Shown here in pieces: positions 39,806-48,828 of a DNA stretch of 64,000 nt (within the stretch, counting starts at the first letter, position 1; the number at the start of each line of letters is the position of its first letter). The stretch comes from Bacteroidota bacterium. Its GTDB lineage: Bacteria; Bacteroidota; Bacteroidia; UKL13-3. A program made the position numbers and the translations under genes. The notes under the pieces were generated by a model. The model was given only the letters and a program-made list of their open reading frames with translations, searched no databases and was not told where the DNA came from. The DNA is taken from assembly GCA_947446605.1 (NCBI GenBank), contig CANFHJ010000001.1, positions 2,071-66,070 of the forward strand, given 5' to 3'.

Positions 39806-40414
39806 TTGGCAGCACCAAATGTACCCATTAGCAGTAGCGGAAGACCGGGAGGGCAAAGTCCTAACCAAAACCGTTTCAACAGAGGCAGACGTTCATTAGA
39901 ACCCGAGCACAAACTCAATAACCTTATCAGGGCCAGTACGGTTCGATTGGTAGGTGAAAATATAGAAGTTGGTGTTTATTCCATTGCGGAAGCTTTGAGA
40001 ATAGCCCATGAGCAAGAAATGGATTTGGTTGAAATATCGCCAAATGCAGATCCTCCGGTATGTAGAGTTGTTGACTATAAGAAATTCTTATACGAACAAA
40101 AGAAGAAAAAGAAAGAGCAAAAGGCTAACCAATCGAAGTCTGAGGTAAAAGAAATTCGTTTTGGACCTAATACAGATGAGCATGATTTTGAGTTTAAATT
40201 GAAACATGCAGAAAACTTTATTAAGGATGGTCATAAGGTGAGAGCTTTTGTATTCTTTAAAGGAAGGTCAATTGTATACAAAGAACGCGGAGAGGTTTTG
40301 TTGCTGCAATTAGCGCAACGCTTATCTGAAACAGCCAAAGTAGAACAATTACCGAAGTTAGAGGGAAAGAAAATGTTTTTGATCCTGAACCCAAAAGGTA
40401 AGGCAGGTAAATAA
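39806..40414 (+). CDS. infC: translation initiation factor IF-3 (non-AUG start; exact 5' end uncertain)
   Basis: [57 protein letters not shown] aligns with the IF3 N-domain, and the C-domain follows. There is no in-frame ATG upstream of the conserved N-domain. Candidate starts are TTG 39806 and ATT 39827. Confidence 0.8.
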   Translation: MAAPNVPISSSGRPGGQSPNQNRFNRGRRSLEPEHKLNNLIRASTVRLVGENIEVGVYSIAEALRIAHEQEMDLVEISPNADPPVCRVVDYKKFLYEQKKKKKEQKANQSKSEVKEIRFGPNTDEHDFEFKLKHAENFIKDGHKVRAFVFFKGRSIVYKERGEVLLLQLAQRLSETAKVEQLPKLEGKKMFLILNPKGKAGK

Positions 40415-40429
40415 CAAAATGCAAGGGGC

Positions 40430-40439
40430 GGTTCGAACC
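40430..40439. repeat. GGTTCGAACC palindrome, copy 7 (infC-rpmI intergenic)
   Basis: Exact 10-mer. Confidence 0.9.
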
Positions 40440-40499
40440 AAACCTGAAGGGAAAGAAAGTCGTAATTAATAACTAGATAATAAAGGAGAATTTAGGACT

Positions 40500-40700
40500 A
40501 TGCCTAAGATGAAAACATGTAGCTCAGCCAAAAAACGTTTTAAGGTTACCCCAAGTGGTAAAATTAAAAGGGCTCAAGCTTTTAAAAATCACATTTTAAC
40601 TAAAAAAACTACTAAGCAGAAACGCGGCTTAACCAAAATGGTTACAGTTAGTGATGCTGATATGAGTAAAGTTAAAATTTTGTTGGGTATTGGTAAATAA
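40500..40700 (+). CDS. rpmI: 50S ribosomal protein L35
   Basis: [24 protein letters not shown]... Confidence 0.9.
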   Translation: MPKMKTCSSAKKRFKVTPSGKIKRAQAFKNHILTKKTTKQKRGLTKMVTVSDADMSKVKILLGIGK

Positions 40701-40838
40701 CCAATCCAACTAGGTCCCGTGATACCGGGACGGCCGTTTTTGGGTGGGCCTAAAACACCTGGTTTATCAATCGTTTAACCCGAACACAAGCACAAAAGAT
40801 CAGTTAACGCTGACGCTTTCGTTCAAAAAACTAAAATT

Positions 40839-41183
40839 ATGCCACGTTCAGTCAATTCCGTTGCGAGTCGCGCTCGCAGAAAGAAACTCCTTAAGTTAGC
40901 CAAAGGTTACTGGGGTAAAAGAAAAAATGTATTAACCATTGCTAAGCATACCATCGACAAAGGTCTTGGATATGCTTACAGGGATCGTAAAACCAAAAAA
41001 CGCAATTTCCGTAGCTTATGGATCGTTCGTATCAATGCAGGCGCACGTTTGCATGGGTATAGCTACAGCCAATTTATGGACTTAGTTCATAAAAAAGGCT
41101 TAGGCTTGAACCGTAAAGTTCTTGCTGATATGGCAATGAACCATCCAGAAACTTTCGAAGCAATTGTTAAATCGGTAAAATAA
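40839..41183 (+). CDS. rplT: 50S ribosomal protein L20
   Basis: [30 protein letters not shown]... Confidence 0.9.
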   Translation: MPRSVNSVASRARRKKLLKLAKGYWGKRKNVLTIAKHTIDKGLGYAYRDRKTKKRNFRSLWIVRINAGARLHGYSYSQFMDLVHKKGLGLNRKVLADMAMNHPETFEAIVKSVK

Positions 41184-41203
41184 TTTAGAATTTAATTACG
41201 ACT

Positions 41204-41239
41204 AAAAAGCCCCATACATCATTGATGTATGGGGCTTTT
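41204..41239. terminator. bidirectional intrinsic terminator between rplT (+) and the convergent coiled-coil gene (-)
   Basis: AAAAA-GCCCCATACATCA-t-TGATGTATGGGGC-TTTT, a hairpin of about 11-13 bp. Confidence 0.8.
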
Positions 41240-41262
41240 GCTTGAATAGGGTTTGAGAAATT

Positions 41263-42006
41263 CTATTTAGAATTTAACTTGGTATTTATTTCAGTAATTT
41301 CTGATGAGATAATTTGAATGCTAGATTTTACTGTACTAATTTCTTCTTTGTTTGCATTAGAAAGACGCTCTGCAAAATGTTGGCTGCTTTTACCTTCGTT
41401 TCTAAGCATAACTTCCAATTGGTTTGATTTGTTGTTTAAATCATCTCTCAATTCTTGTTTGTACATATTATTGTCTGCAATGCTATGCTTCACTTTTTCT
41501 TCCAAATTTTTAATTTGTTTAGAAAGTAAAAACCAAATTACTACAGCAGCGGCAATGGCAAGAATGATTAATCCCCAGAATAGTTGAATGGTACTTTCTG
41601 CTTTTGCTAATCTTTGATTTTGTTCTTCAAATTTTACCTCATTGGCTTTTTCGATTTCTTCCAATGACATTTGAGTTTTGCTTAAAGAATCAGAGGTATT
41701 TGCAATCTTAAAGTTAGTTGAATTCAATACTTCCTCAACAGATTTCATTTGGTCGCGCAGGGTGCTAATTTCAGCATCTTTGCCATTCATTCCACCTCTC
41801 ACTTGGTTAAGAGATCCCTGAAGATTTCTGATTTGATTGTTTAACTTGGTCATGCTACTATCGTAATCTTTCTTAATTACGTAAGGCAATTGACCTCTTG
41901 GTTTAGCAGCTACGGGTGTTCCAGCAGGCCTTTGTGCTGCCCTGTTTTGTGCAGGAACTACTAAGGTGAAAATGCATAAGAGCAAAGTAGTAATGGTATA
42001 TTTCAT
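41263..42006 (-). CDS. coiled-coil protein with signal peptide and internal TM segment, unknown function
   Basis: 247 aa with heptad-rich segments on either side of the TM helix LIILAIAAAVVIWFLL. Confidence 0.35.
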   Translation of the reverse strand: MKYTITTLLLCIFTLVVPAQNRAAQRPAGTPVAAKPRGQLPYVIKKDYDSSMTKLNNQIRNLQGSLNQVRGGMNGKDAEISTLRDQMKSVEEVLNSTNFKIANTSDSLSKTQMSLEEIEKANEVKFEEQNQRLAKAESTIQLFWGLIILAIAAAVVIWFLLSKQIKNLEEKVKHSIADNNMYKQELRDDLNNKSNQLEVMLRNEGKSSQHFAERLSNANKEEISTVKSSIQIISSEITEINTKLNSK

Positions 42007-42359
42007 ATTATTTTTTAATTAAATGCCATTTGGGCAGAATAATTTCACCGCAAAGATTTATAAATAGATTAATTTTTATGCATTAAATTTAGGTCAAATT
42101 TGTGATTATTAACAGGTTTATTTTGTTTTTGCAGGTTTGATAAGGGTTTAAGGCAAAATAATTTATTTTCTTTAATTTCATGTTTCTGTCATTTTTGGTT
42201 GTGTAAATTAATTGGCTTTTAAATTTATGCTTTTTGAGCTTAAGGGGTTAAGAGGTAGAAATTTGACTAAACCTAACAAAAATCAATGTCTTTCATAAAT
42301 AGATAATGCCTATTTTCGCTGAGGTAAAAAAAACAAAAAAAGCAAAGGGTATTTTGATT

Positions 42360-43028
42360 ATGAAAAGTATTAAGTGGTGGAAATTTGCAGGTGTACTGCT
42401 GGTTTTATATGCCTTGGTAGGTGGATTGCTTTTGCCAGTGCCTCAATTACCAATTTTGGCACAAAGTATTCGTAACCTTTATTACCACGTGCCTATGTGG
42501 TTTGGCATGTTGAGTTTGTTGGTTGCTTCGGCTGTTTATGGCTTAAGATTTTTAATGAAAAAGGATTTGGTTCAGGATATTTATTCTGAATCTTACGCTA
42601 GAATTGGCATGTTGTATGGCTGCATGGGTTTGCTAACAGGAATGATTTGGGCTAAAAACACTTGGGGAGCATATTGGACCAACGATCCAAAATTGAACAG
42701 TGCAGCTATAGGGATGTTAATGTATGCGGCCTATTTTGTATTAAGAAGTTCAATTGAAGATGAAGAGAAGAAAGCACGTATTTCTGCGGTTTACAATTTA
42801 TTTACCTTACCTGTTTTTGTGGTATTGATTTTTGTATTGCCACGTTTAACAGCCTCATTGCATCCTGGCAACGGTGGAAACCCTGGTTTTAATTCTTATG
42901 ATTTAGACAGTAGGTTACGTTTGGTGTTTTACCCAGCTGTATTAGGTTGGATATTTATTGGCTTCTGGTTGGCCGATTTACAAACTAGGATGAAGAAAAT
43001 AGAATTTAAAAAAGTACAAGAAGATTAA
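42360..43028 (+). CDS. ccmC: heme exporter protein CcmC
   Basis: 6-TM protein with a Trp-rich WWD-like loop (KNTWGAYWTNDPK), positioned upstream of ccmD/E/F. Start chosen at ATG 42360 (MKSIKWWKF); the track start at 42306 is possible. Confidence 0.65.
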   Translation: MKSIKWWKFAGVLLVLYALVGGLLLPVPQLPILAQSIRNLYYHVPMWFGMLSLLVASAVYGLRFLMKKDLVQDIYSESYARIGMLYGCMGLLTGMIWAKNTWGAYWTNDPKLNSAAIGMLMYAAYFVLRSSIEDEEKKARISAVYNLFTLPVFVVLIFVLPRLTASLHPGNGGNPGFNSYDLDSRLRLVFYPAVLGWIFIGFWLADLQTRMKKIEFKKVQED

Positions 43029-43203
43029 TATGAAACATTTTATTTTAAATCAAGTTCAACAGCAAAGTAGCCAAATGCCAACCGCAGAAGGCACTGATAA
43101 GTACATGGTGGTAATTGGTGTGATTGCAATTTTGTTTTTGGGAATTGCAGCTTACCTCGTTTCAATAGATTTGAAATTGAAAAAATTAGAAGAGAAAAAT
43201 TAA
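43029..43203 (+). CDS. ccmD: CcmD-like small single-TM protein
   Basis: 57-aa ORF (MKHFILNQ...YMVVIGVIAILFLGIAAYLVSIDLKLKKLEEKN) not in the track because it is under 60 aa. Its stop TAA overlaps the ccmE ATG (TAATG). Confidence 0.4.
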
Positions 43204-43586
43204 TGAAAAAGACAAGTATCATAGCATTGGCTATTATTGCCATTGCCATAGGCGCAATAGTTAGTATGTACGGCGATGCCAGTACTTACGAAGATTTTGG
43301 TGTTGCCAATGAACATCCTGGAAAAGAATACCATGTGGTTGGAACCTTAAACCGCAGCAAGGCTAAATTCTACGATCCAAAACAAGATGCCAATTTTTTC
43401 TCATTCTATATGATTGATGAAAAAGGTAATGAAAGCAAGGTGGTTTACCATAATCCAGAACCCACAGATTTTGATAGGTCGGAGAAAATTGTTATTGTGG
43501 GTAGCATGGAAGCTGATCATTTTGAAGCCTCAAAGATTTTATTGAAATGCCCAAGTAAATACACCGATAATCAGGTGAAGGCTTAA
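43203..43586 (+). CDS. ccmE: cytochrome c maturation heme chaperone CcmE, CxxxY variant
   Basis: 127 aa with an N-terminal TM anchor and an OB-fold region. The C-terminal LLKCPSKY has Cys where canonical CcmE has His (HxxxY). Confidence 0.65.
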   Translation: MKKTSIIALAIIAIAIGAIVSMYGDASTYEDFGVANEHPGKEYHVVGTLNRSKAKFYDPKQDANFFSFYMIDEKGNESKVVYHNPEPTDFDRSEKIVIVGSMEADHFEASKILLKCPSKYTDNQVKA

Positions 43587-43620
43587 TATTTTTTAAGCCT
43601 AAAACAAATAATAATAAAAC

Positions 43621-46011
43621 ATGAGTTCAGTTACATTTATTGGTGAACATCTTTTCTGGGGTAATTTAGGACATTCGGCCGTTGTGGTTTCCTTTATTGC
43701 CTCTATTTTAGCTTGCCTTAGTTACGTTTATGCCGAGCGCAATCCATTGGATAAAAGTTGGTCCTTGTTGGCCAAGTATGCTTTTCATTTGCATAGTTTG
43801 GCTGTGCTTACCATTGTTGCTTCTTTATTTAAAATTATCTATAGTCATTATTTTGAATACCATTATGCATGGCAACATAGCAGTACAGATTTACCTGTAC
43901 ATTTTATGATTTCATGTTTTTGGGAAGGACAAGAGGGGAGTTTCCTTCTGTGGATTTTCTGGCAAATGTTTATCGGACAAATTTTGGTTCGAACCGCCAA
44001 AGACTGGTTAAATCCTGTGATGGCAGTTGTAATGTTATCTCAAGTAGCCTTAACAAGTATGTTACTTGGCGTTAAAATATTCTCTTATAAATTGGGCTCT
44101 AGTCCTTTTGAATTACTAAGAAATGTAATGGCCAACGCGCCCATTTTTAAGCTGCCAGATTACTTGAGTAAAGTAAAAGATGGCAATGGTTTGAACCCAT
44201 TGTTGCAGAATTATTGGATGGTTATTCATCCTCCTACCTTGTTTTTTGGTTTTGCTACAACGGTTGTTCCTTTTGCTTATGCAATTGCAGCCTTATGGCG
44301 CCGCGATTATTCTAAGTGGTTAAAACCAGCCTTGCCTTGGGCTTTAGTGAGTGCTATGGTATTGGGGGCAGGTATTGTTATGGGTGGTTTTTGGGCATAT
44401 GAAAGTTTAAGTTTTGGTGGTTATTGGGCTTGGGATCCAGTAGAAAATGCATCTTTGGTTCCATGGTTAATATTAATTGCAGGTTTGCATGTGATGCTTA
44501 TTCATAGGGCTACGGGCAATTCTTATATTGTGGCCGTGGTATTAATTATCACAACATTTTTAACCGTATTGTATGCCACCTTTTTAACCCGTTCGGGAAT
44601 CTTGGGAAATTCATCTGTGCATTCATTTACCGATTTAGGAATGAGTGGTCAATTGTTAGTTTTTCTATTGTTGTTTGTTGTGTTAGCTATTTTCTTAATT
44701 GTTTTGCGTTGGAAAGAAATGCCACGTTCTGCAAAGGATGAAGATATTTATACCCGTGAATTTTGGATGTTTATTGGAAGTTTGGTTTTGGTTATTTCTT
44801 CGTTTCAAGTTACGCTTACCACCAGTATTCCTGTTTTTAATAAAATATTTTCTGCCAACTTAGCGCCACCTGCAGATGTTATTGCGCATTACAACAAATG
44901 GCAGATGCCAATGGCAATTATTATTGGCGTGCTAACGGCAGTTGCACAATTATTAAAATACAAAAAGAACAGTAAAGATGCCTTGAAGAAAATGGGGATT
45001 TACGCTCTTGTTTCTTTGGTATTAACCATTGTATTGTTTTTTGCCTTTAAGTTAGAAAACTATTTCTACATGGGGCTGTTATTTGCGGGTGTTTTTGGCA
45101 TCATTACCAATAGTATTTTATTGGTTCCGTTTTTAAGAGGCAAAATAAAATTGGCTGGAGCCAGTGTTGCACATATAGGTTTTGGGTTATTGTTAATTGG
45201 TGTTTTGGTTTCATCTGCTAATAAGCAAGTGATTTCATTGAATGAAAGTGGCCAAGCCATTAACCCTGATTTTAACAATAAGGAAAATGTAGAGAATATT
45301 TATTTGGAGCGTGGAAAGCCAAATAAAATGGGTGATTATATTATTACCTATGTGAAAGATTCTCAAAATTGGGTGAATACTTATTATCAGGTAAACTATA
45401 AGAAGTTAAATGCGCAAGGGGAGGTAGATTATGAATTTAATTTATATCCTAACGGACAAATTAATCCTAAGTTTGGGTTGGTGGCGAACCCAGATACCAA
45501 GCATTACTGGGGGCATGATGTATTTACTTATGTAAGTTCAGTTCCATCGCAGAAATCTGGTGCAAAATGGATCAATGAGAAGTTTCATGAAGTTGCACCC
45601 GGTGATACTATTTATACCAATAATGGTTATGCTGTATTAACAGGAATTAATACCAATACAGATGCAGAAAATATTGACGAGAAGAATTTTCAAATCTTAT
45701 TAGGCGCTGAATTGAAAGTTTATACGCTTGATAAAGTGTATGATGCCATGCCTATGTATGGTGTTCAAAACAATGCAGCTTCAAGCTATGAGGCCATGGT
45801 AGACGAAGCTAAATTGAAATTTAGGTTTGCTGGTGTTACCAATTCAAAGAAAATTAATATTATTTCTTACGAGAAAGATAGCTCTGGCGATTTCATTATT
45901 ATGAAGGCCATTGAGTTTCCAATGATCAATTTTGTATGGGCTGGAACCATTATTATGATAGTTGGTTTCTTCTTAAGCATCATCAAACGATTGCAAGAAA
46001 AAGGGATTTAA
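43621..46011 (+). CDS. ccmF: cytochrome c-type biogenesis protein CcmF
   Basis: 796 aa with about 15 TM helices and WWD domains (WEGQEGSFLLW; GGYWAWDPVENASLVPW). Confidence 0.85.
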   Translation: MSSVTFIGEHLFWGNLGHSAVVVSFIASILACLSYVYAERNPLDKSWSLLAKYAFHLHSLAVLTIVASLFKIIYSHYFEYHYAWQHSSTDLPVHFMISCFWEGQEGSFLLWIFWQMFIGQILVRTAKDWLNPVMAVVMLSQVALTSMLLGVKIFSYKLGSSPFELLRNVMANAPIFKLPDYLSKVKDGNGLNPLLQNYWMVIHPPTLFFGFATTVVPFAYAIAALWRRDYSKWLKPALPWALVSAMVLGAGIVMGGFWAYESLSFGGYWAWDPVENASLVPWLILIAGLHVMLIHRATGNSYIVAVVLIITTFLTVLYATFLTRSGILGNSSVHSFTDLGMSGQLLVFLLLFVVLAIFLIVLRWKEMPRSAKDEDIYTREFWMFIGSLVLVISSFQVTLTTSIPVFNKIFSANLAPPADVIAHYNKWQMPMAIIIGVLTAVAQLLKYKKNSKDALKKMGIYALVSLVLTIVLFFAFKLENYFYMGLLFAGVFGIITNSILLVPFLRGKIKLAGASVAHIGFGLLLIGVLVSSANKQVISLNESGQAINPDFNNKENVENIYLERGKPNKMGDYIITYVKDSQNWVNTYYQVNYKKLNAQGEVDYEFNLYPNGQINPKFGLVANPDTKHYWGHDVFTYVSSVPSQKSGAKWINEKFHEVAPGDTIYTNNGYAVLTGINTNTDAENIDEKNFQILLGAELKVYTLDKVYDAMPMYGVQNNAASSYEAMVDEAKLKFRFAGVTNSKKINIISYEKDSSGDFIIMKAIEFPMINFVWAGTIIMIVGFFLSIIKRLQEKGI
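43986..43995. repeat. GGTTCGAACC palindrome, copy 8 (in ccmF, read V-R-T)
   Basis: Exact 10-mer. Confidence 0.9.
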
Positions 46012-46012
46012 A

Positions 46013-46047
46013 TAAAAAAAAGCCAATCAATTGATTGGCTTTTTTTA
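46013..46047. terminator. bidirectional intrinsic terminator (perfect 20-nt palindrome AGCCAATCAATTGATTGGCT flanked by A8 and T7)
   Basis: Lies between ccmF (+) and the convergent DUF3817 gene (-). Confidence 0.8.
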
Positions 46048-46052
46048 TGCTA

Positions 46053-46340
46053 TTACGCGTGTAATTTTTTGTTAAAGATAAATGGTCCGAAGGGCAGGAG
46101 TGCGGCTATTACGCCTAATATAAAATCTTTCATACCCCAATCTAATTCTTCTTTTATGCGAATTAACCAAATAAGGTAGGTGATAAATAATACGCCGTGC
46201 GCCCAACCAAAGTATTTTACAAATAGGGGCATGCCTAAAAAGTATTTAAATGGCATGGCCACAAAAACCAATACTAAAAAAGAAATTCCTTCTGCAGTGC
46301 CAATGGCTTTAAATTGTTTGATGAGATTTTGGTTCGACAT
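46053..46340 (-). CDS. DUF3817 membrane protein
   Basis: 95 aa with 2-3 TM helices. The pattern FKAIGTAEGISFLVL...YFGWAHGVLFI is typical of DUF3817. Confidence 0.5.
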   Translation of the reverse strand: MSNQNLIKQFKAIGTAEGISFLVLVFVAMPFKYFLGMPLFVKYFGWAHGVLFITYLIWLIRIKEELDWGMKDFILGVIAALLPFGPFIFNKKLHA

Positions 46341-46354
46341 TTAATGGTAATAAA

Positions 46355-46392
46355 AAACACGCCTTCAAACGAAAGCGTGTTTTAGTTTTTTT
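46355..46392 (-). terminator. minus-strand intrinsic terminator downstream of hppD
   Basis: ACACGC...GCGTGT stem followed, on the minus strand, by a T-run. Confidence 0.5.
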
Positions 46393-46398
46393 GAATAA

Positions 46399-47514
46399 TT
46401 ATAAATTACCGCGGTTTTCTTGTTCGCGTTCTATGGCTTCAAATAAGGCTTTGAAATTACCTTTGCCGAAAGATTTCGCACCTTTACGCTGGATAATTTC
46501 ATAAAACATCGTTGGACGGTCTTCCACAGGTTTGGTAAACAATTGCAACAAATAACCTTGGTCGTCACGATCTACCAAAATACCCAATTCCTTTAAAGGC
46601 TCAAGGTCTTCTTCAATTGGACCAACGCGGTCTAATAAATCATCGTAATAGCTTGAAGGTACTTTTAAGAATTCTACACCACGGGCCATTAATTGTTTTA
46701 CAGTGCTTACAATGTCATTGGTTGCAATGGCTATATGCTGCGTTCCTTCACCTTCATAGAAGTCTAAATATTCTTCTACTTGAGATTTCTTTTTGCCCTC
46801 AGCAGGCTCGTTGATAGGGAATTTAACATAACCATTTCCATTACTCATAACTTTACTCATAAGGGCTGAGTATTCAGTAGAAATATCATTATCGTCAAAT
46901 GAGAGGATATTTTTAAAGCCCATTACATTGGCATAAAAATCTACCCAAGGGTTCATTTGGTTCCAACCAACATTACCTACGCAATGGTCTACATAAAGCA
47001 AGCCAGTTGGTTCTGGATTATAGGTGCTTTCCAATTTCCTAAAGCCTGGCATAAAAACACCTTTATAATTTTTTCTCTCAACAAACACGTGAACTACTTC
47101 TCCGTAGGTATGAATGCCACTCATTCTCACTTCACCATTTTCATCGCTAAGGGTAGTTGGTTCCATATAGGATTTGCCGCCTCTTTTCATGGTTTGTTCG
47201 TAGGCATCGTAGGCGTCATCAACCCATAGGGCAAGAACTTTCACACCATCACCATGTTTTTTATGGTGTTCGGCAATGGGAGAATCTGAATGTAAAGGAG
47301 AGGTAAGCATTAAGCGCATTTTGTCTTGAACCAATACATAACTTGCTCTGTCTCTTACTCCAGTTTCTGGTCCGGCGTAGGCAAGACTTTGAAAACCGAA
47401 TGCGGTTTTGTAAAAATGAGCTGCTTGTTTGGCATTACCCACATAGAGTTCAATGTAATCGGTTCCGTTTAAAGGCAAAAAGTCTGCTGCCCCAGTTTCA
47501 TTCGTTTGATTCAT
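46399..47514 (-). CDS. hppD: 4-hydroxyphenylpyruvate dioxygenase
   Basis: 371 aa with two VOC domains and a C-terminal ...FGKGNFKALFEAIEREQENRGNL. Confidence 0.85.
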   Translation of the reverse strand: MNQTNETGAADFLPLNGTDYIELYVGNAKQAAHFYKTAFGFQSLAYAGPETGVRDRASYVLVQDKMRLMLTSPLHSDSPIAEHHKKHGDGVKVLALWVDDAYDAYEQTMKRGGKSYMEPTTLSDENGEVRMSGIHTYGEVVHVFVERKNYKGVFMPGFRKLESTYNPEPTGLLYVDHCVGNVGWNQMNPWVDFYANVMGFKNILSFDDNDISTEYSALMSKVMSNGNGYVKFPINEPAEGKKKSQVEEYLDFYEGEGTQHIAIATNDIVSTVKQLMARGVEFLKVPSSYYDDLLDRVGPIEEDLEPLKELGILVDRDDQGYLLQLFTKPVEDRPTMFYEIIQRKGAKSFGKGNFKALFEAIEREQENRGNL

Positions 47515-47562
47515 GTGGCAAATATAATTCAGAAATTGGAAATCGAAATTCTTAATTAAGAA

Positions 47563-48720
47563 TTATTCTACCCACGACTTGTAATAACTTGGATCTTCAC
47601 AATCCATGGCTGCTTGGGTAATTTCAAGCGGATGGAAAGGGTCAATCATTACAGCCAATTCTTTGGTTTCTGTTTTGCCGATAGATTTTTCTACTGATCC
47701 AGGGTGTGGACCATGAGGAATTCCTTTAGGATGTAAACTAATCATACCACGTTCTACATGTTTACGGCTCATAAAATCGCCATCTACATAGTATAGAATT
47801 TCATCACTGTCTACATTGCTATGGTTGTATGGAGCAGGAATAGACAAAGGGTGGTAATCATATAACCTAGGAACGAAAGAACAAATTACGAAGTTATGTC
47901 CTTCAAAGGTCTGGTGAATGGGAGGTGGCATGTGCACACGACCTGTTATTGGTTCGTAATTATGGATACTAAAACCATAAGGATATTGGTAACCATCCCA
48001 TCCGATGGCATCGAAAGGATGGGTTGCGTAGGTGTATGGATATAGGAGGTCTTGTTTTTTGATATACACCTTGAAATCGCCTACTTCATCATGTGTTTGG
48101 AGGTTTTCAGGCAATTTGATATCACGTTCGCAATAAGGCGAATGTTCCAAAAATTGCCCAAATTGGTTCATATAACGCTTAGGAGGCTTAACAGGCGAGA
48201 AGCTTTCTATGATAAACAAACGGTTGTTTTCATTATTAAATTCCATTTGGTAGATGATACCACGTGGAATTACCAAATAATCTCCGTAGGCAAATTTTAT
48301 TTGACCATAGAGTGTTTTTAGCGTTCCGCTGCCTTCATGCACAAATATTACCTCATCTGCGTCTGCATTTTTATAGAAATAATCCGTCATGCTTTTTTTA
48401 GGAGCAGCAACGCTTAGGTAACAATCGCGGTTAAAAAGCATAACAACCCTCGATTCTAAATAATCGTCGATAGGTTTTGTTTTAAAGGTTAGGAAGCTTC
48501 TGTTTTGTAGGTTCTTAGAAAGCGCAGCAACTGGGCTAAGGTCTTTTGCAGTTTCAATTTCTTTTACCAAAGTAGGTGGATGGCAATGGTAAACCAAAGA
48601 GTATAAACTACTGAACCCCTCTGTAGAAATAAGTTCCTCGGCATATAAGCTGCCATCTGGTTTTCTAAATTGGGTATGACGTTTTTCAGGAAGTTTACCT
48701 ACACGGTGATAAAAAGGCAT
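47563..48720 (-). CDS. hmgA: homogentisate 1,2-dioxygenase
   Basis: 385 aa cupin-family protein. The N-terminus MPFYHRVGKLPEKRHTQF is typical of the short bacterial HmgA, and the gene is paired with hppD. Confidence 0.7.
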   Translation of the reverse strand: MPFYHRVGKLPEKRHTQFRKPDGSLYAEELISTEGFSSLYSLVYHCHPPTLVKEIETAKDLSPVAALSKNLQNRSFLTFKTKPIDDYLESRVVMLFNRDCYLSVAAPKKSMTDYFYKNADADEVIFVHEGSGTLKTLYGQIKFAYGDYLVIPRGIIYQMEFNNENNRLFIIESFSPVKPPKRYMNQFGQFLEHSPYCERDIKLPENLQTHDEVGDFKVYIKKQDLLYPYTYATHPFDAIGWDGYQYPYGFSIHNYEPITGRVHMPPPIHQTFEGHNFVICSFVPRLYDYHPLSIPAPYNHSNVDSDEILYYVDGDFMSRKHVERGMISLHPKGIPHGPHPGSVEKSIGKTETKELAVMIDPFHPLEITQAAMDCEDPSYYKSWVE

Positions 48721-48828
48721 ATATTTATATTAGTTATTTTAAATTTGTGTTCAACCCAAAGCAATATTTGTTTGACTAATAGGCAAACACTTTCTTTGTT
48801 TGAATTTAAAGCCATCAAAAATATAAAA

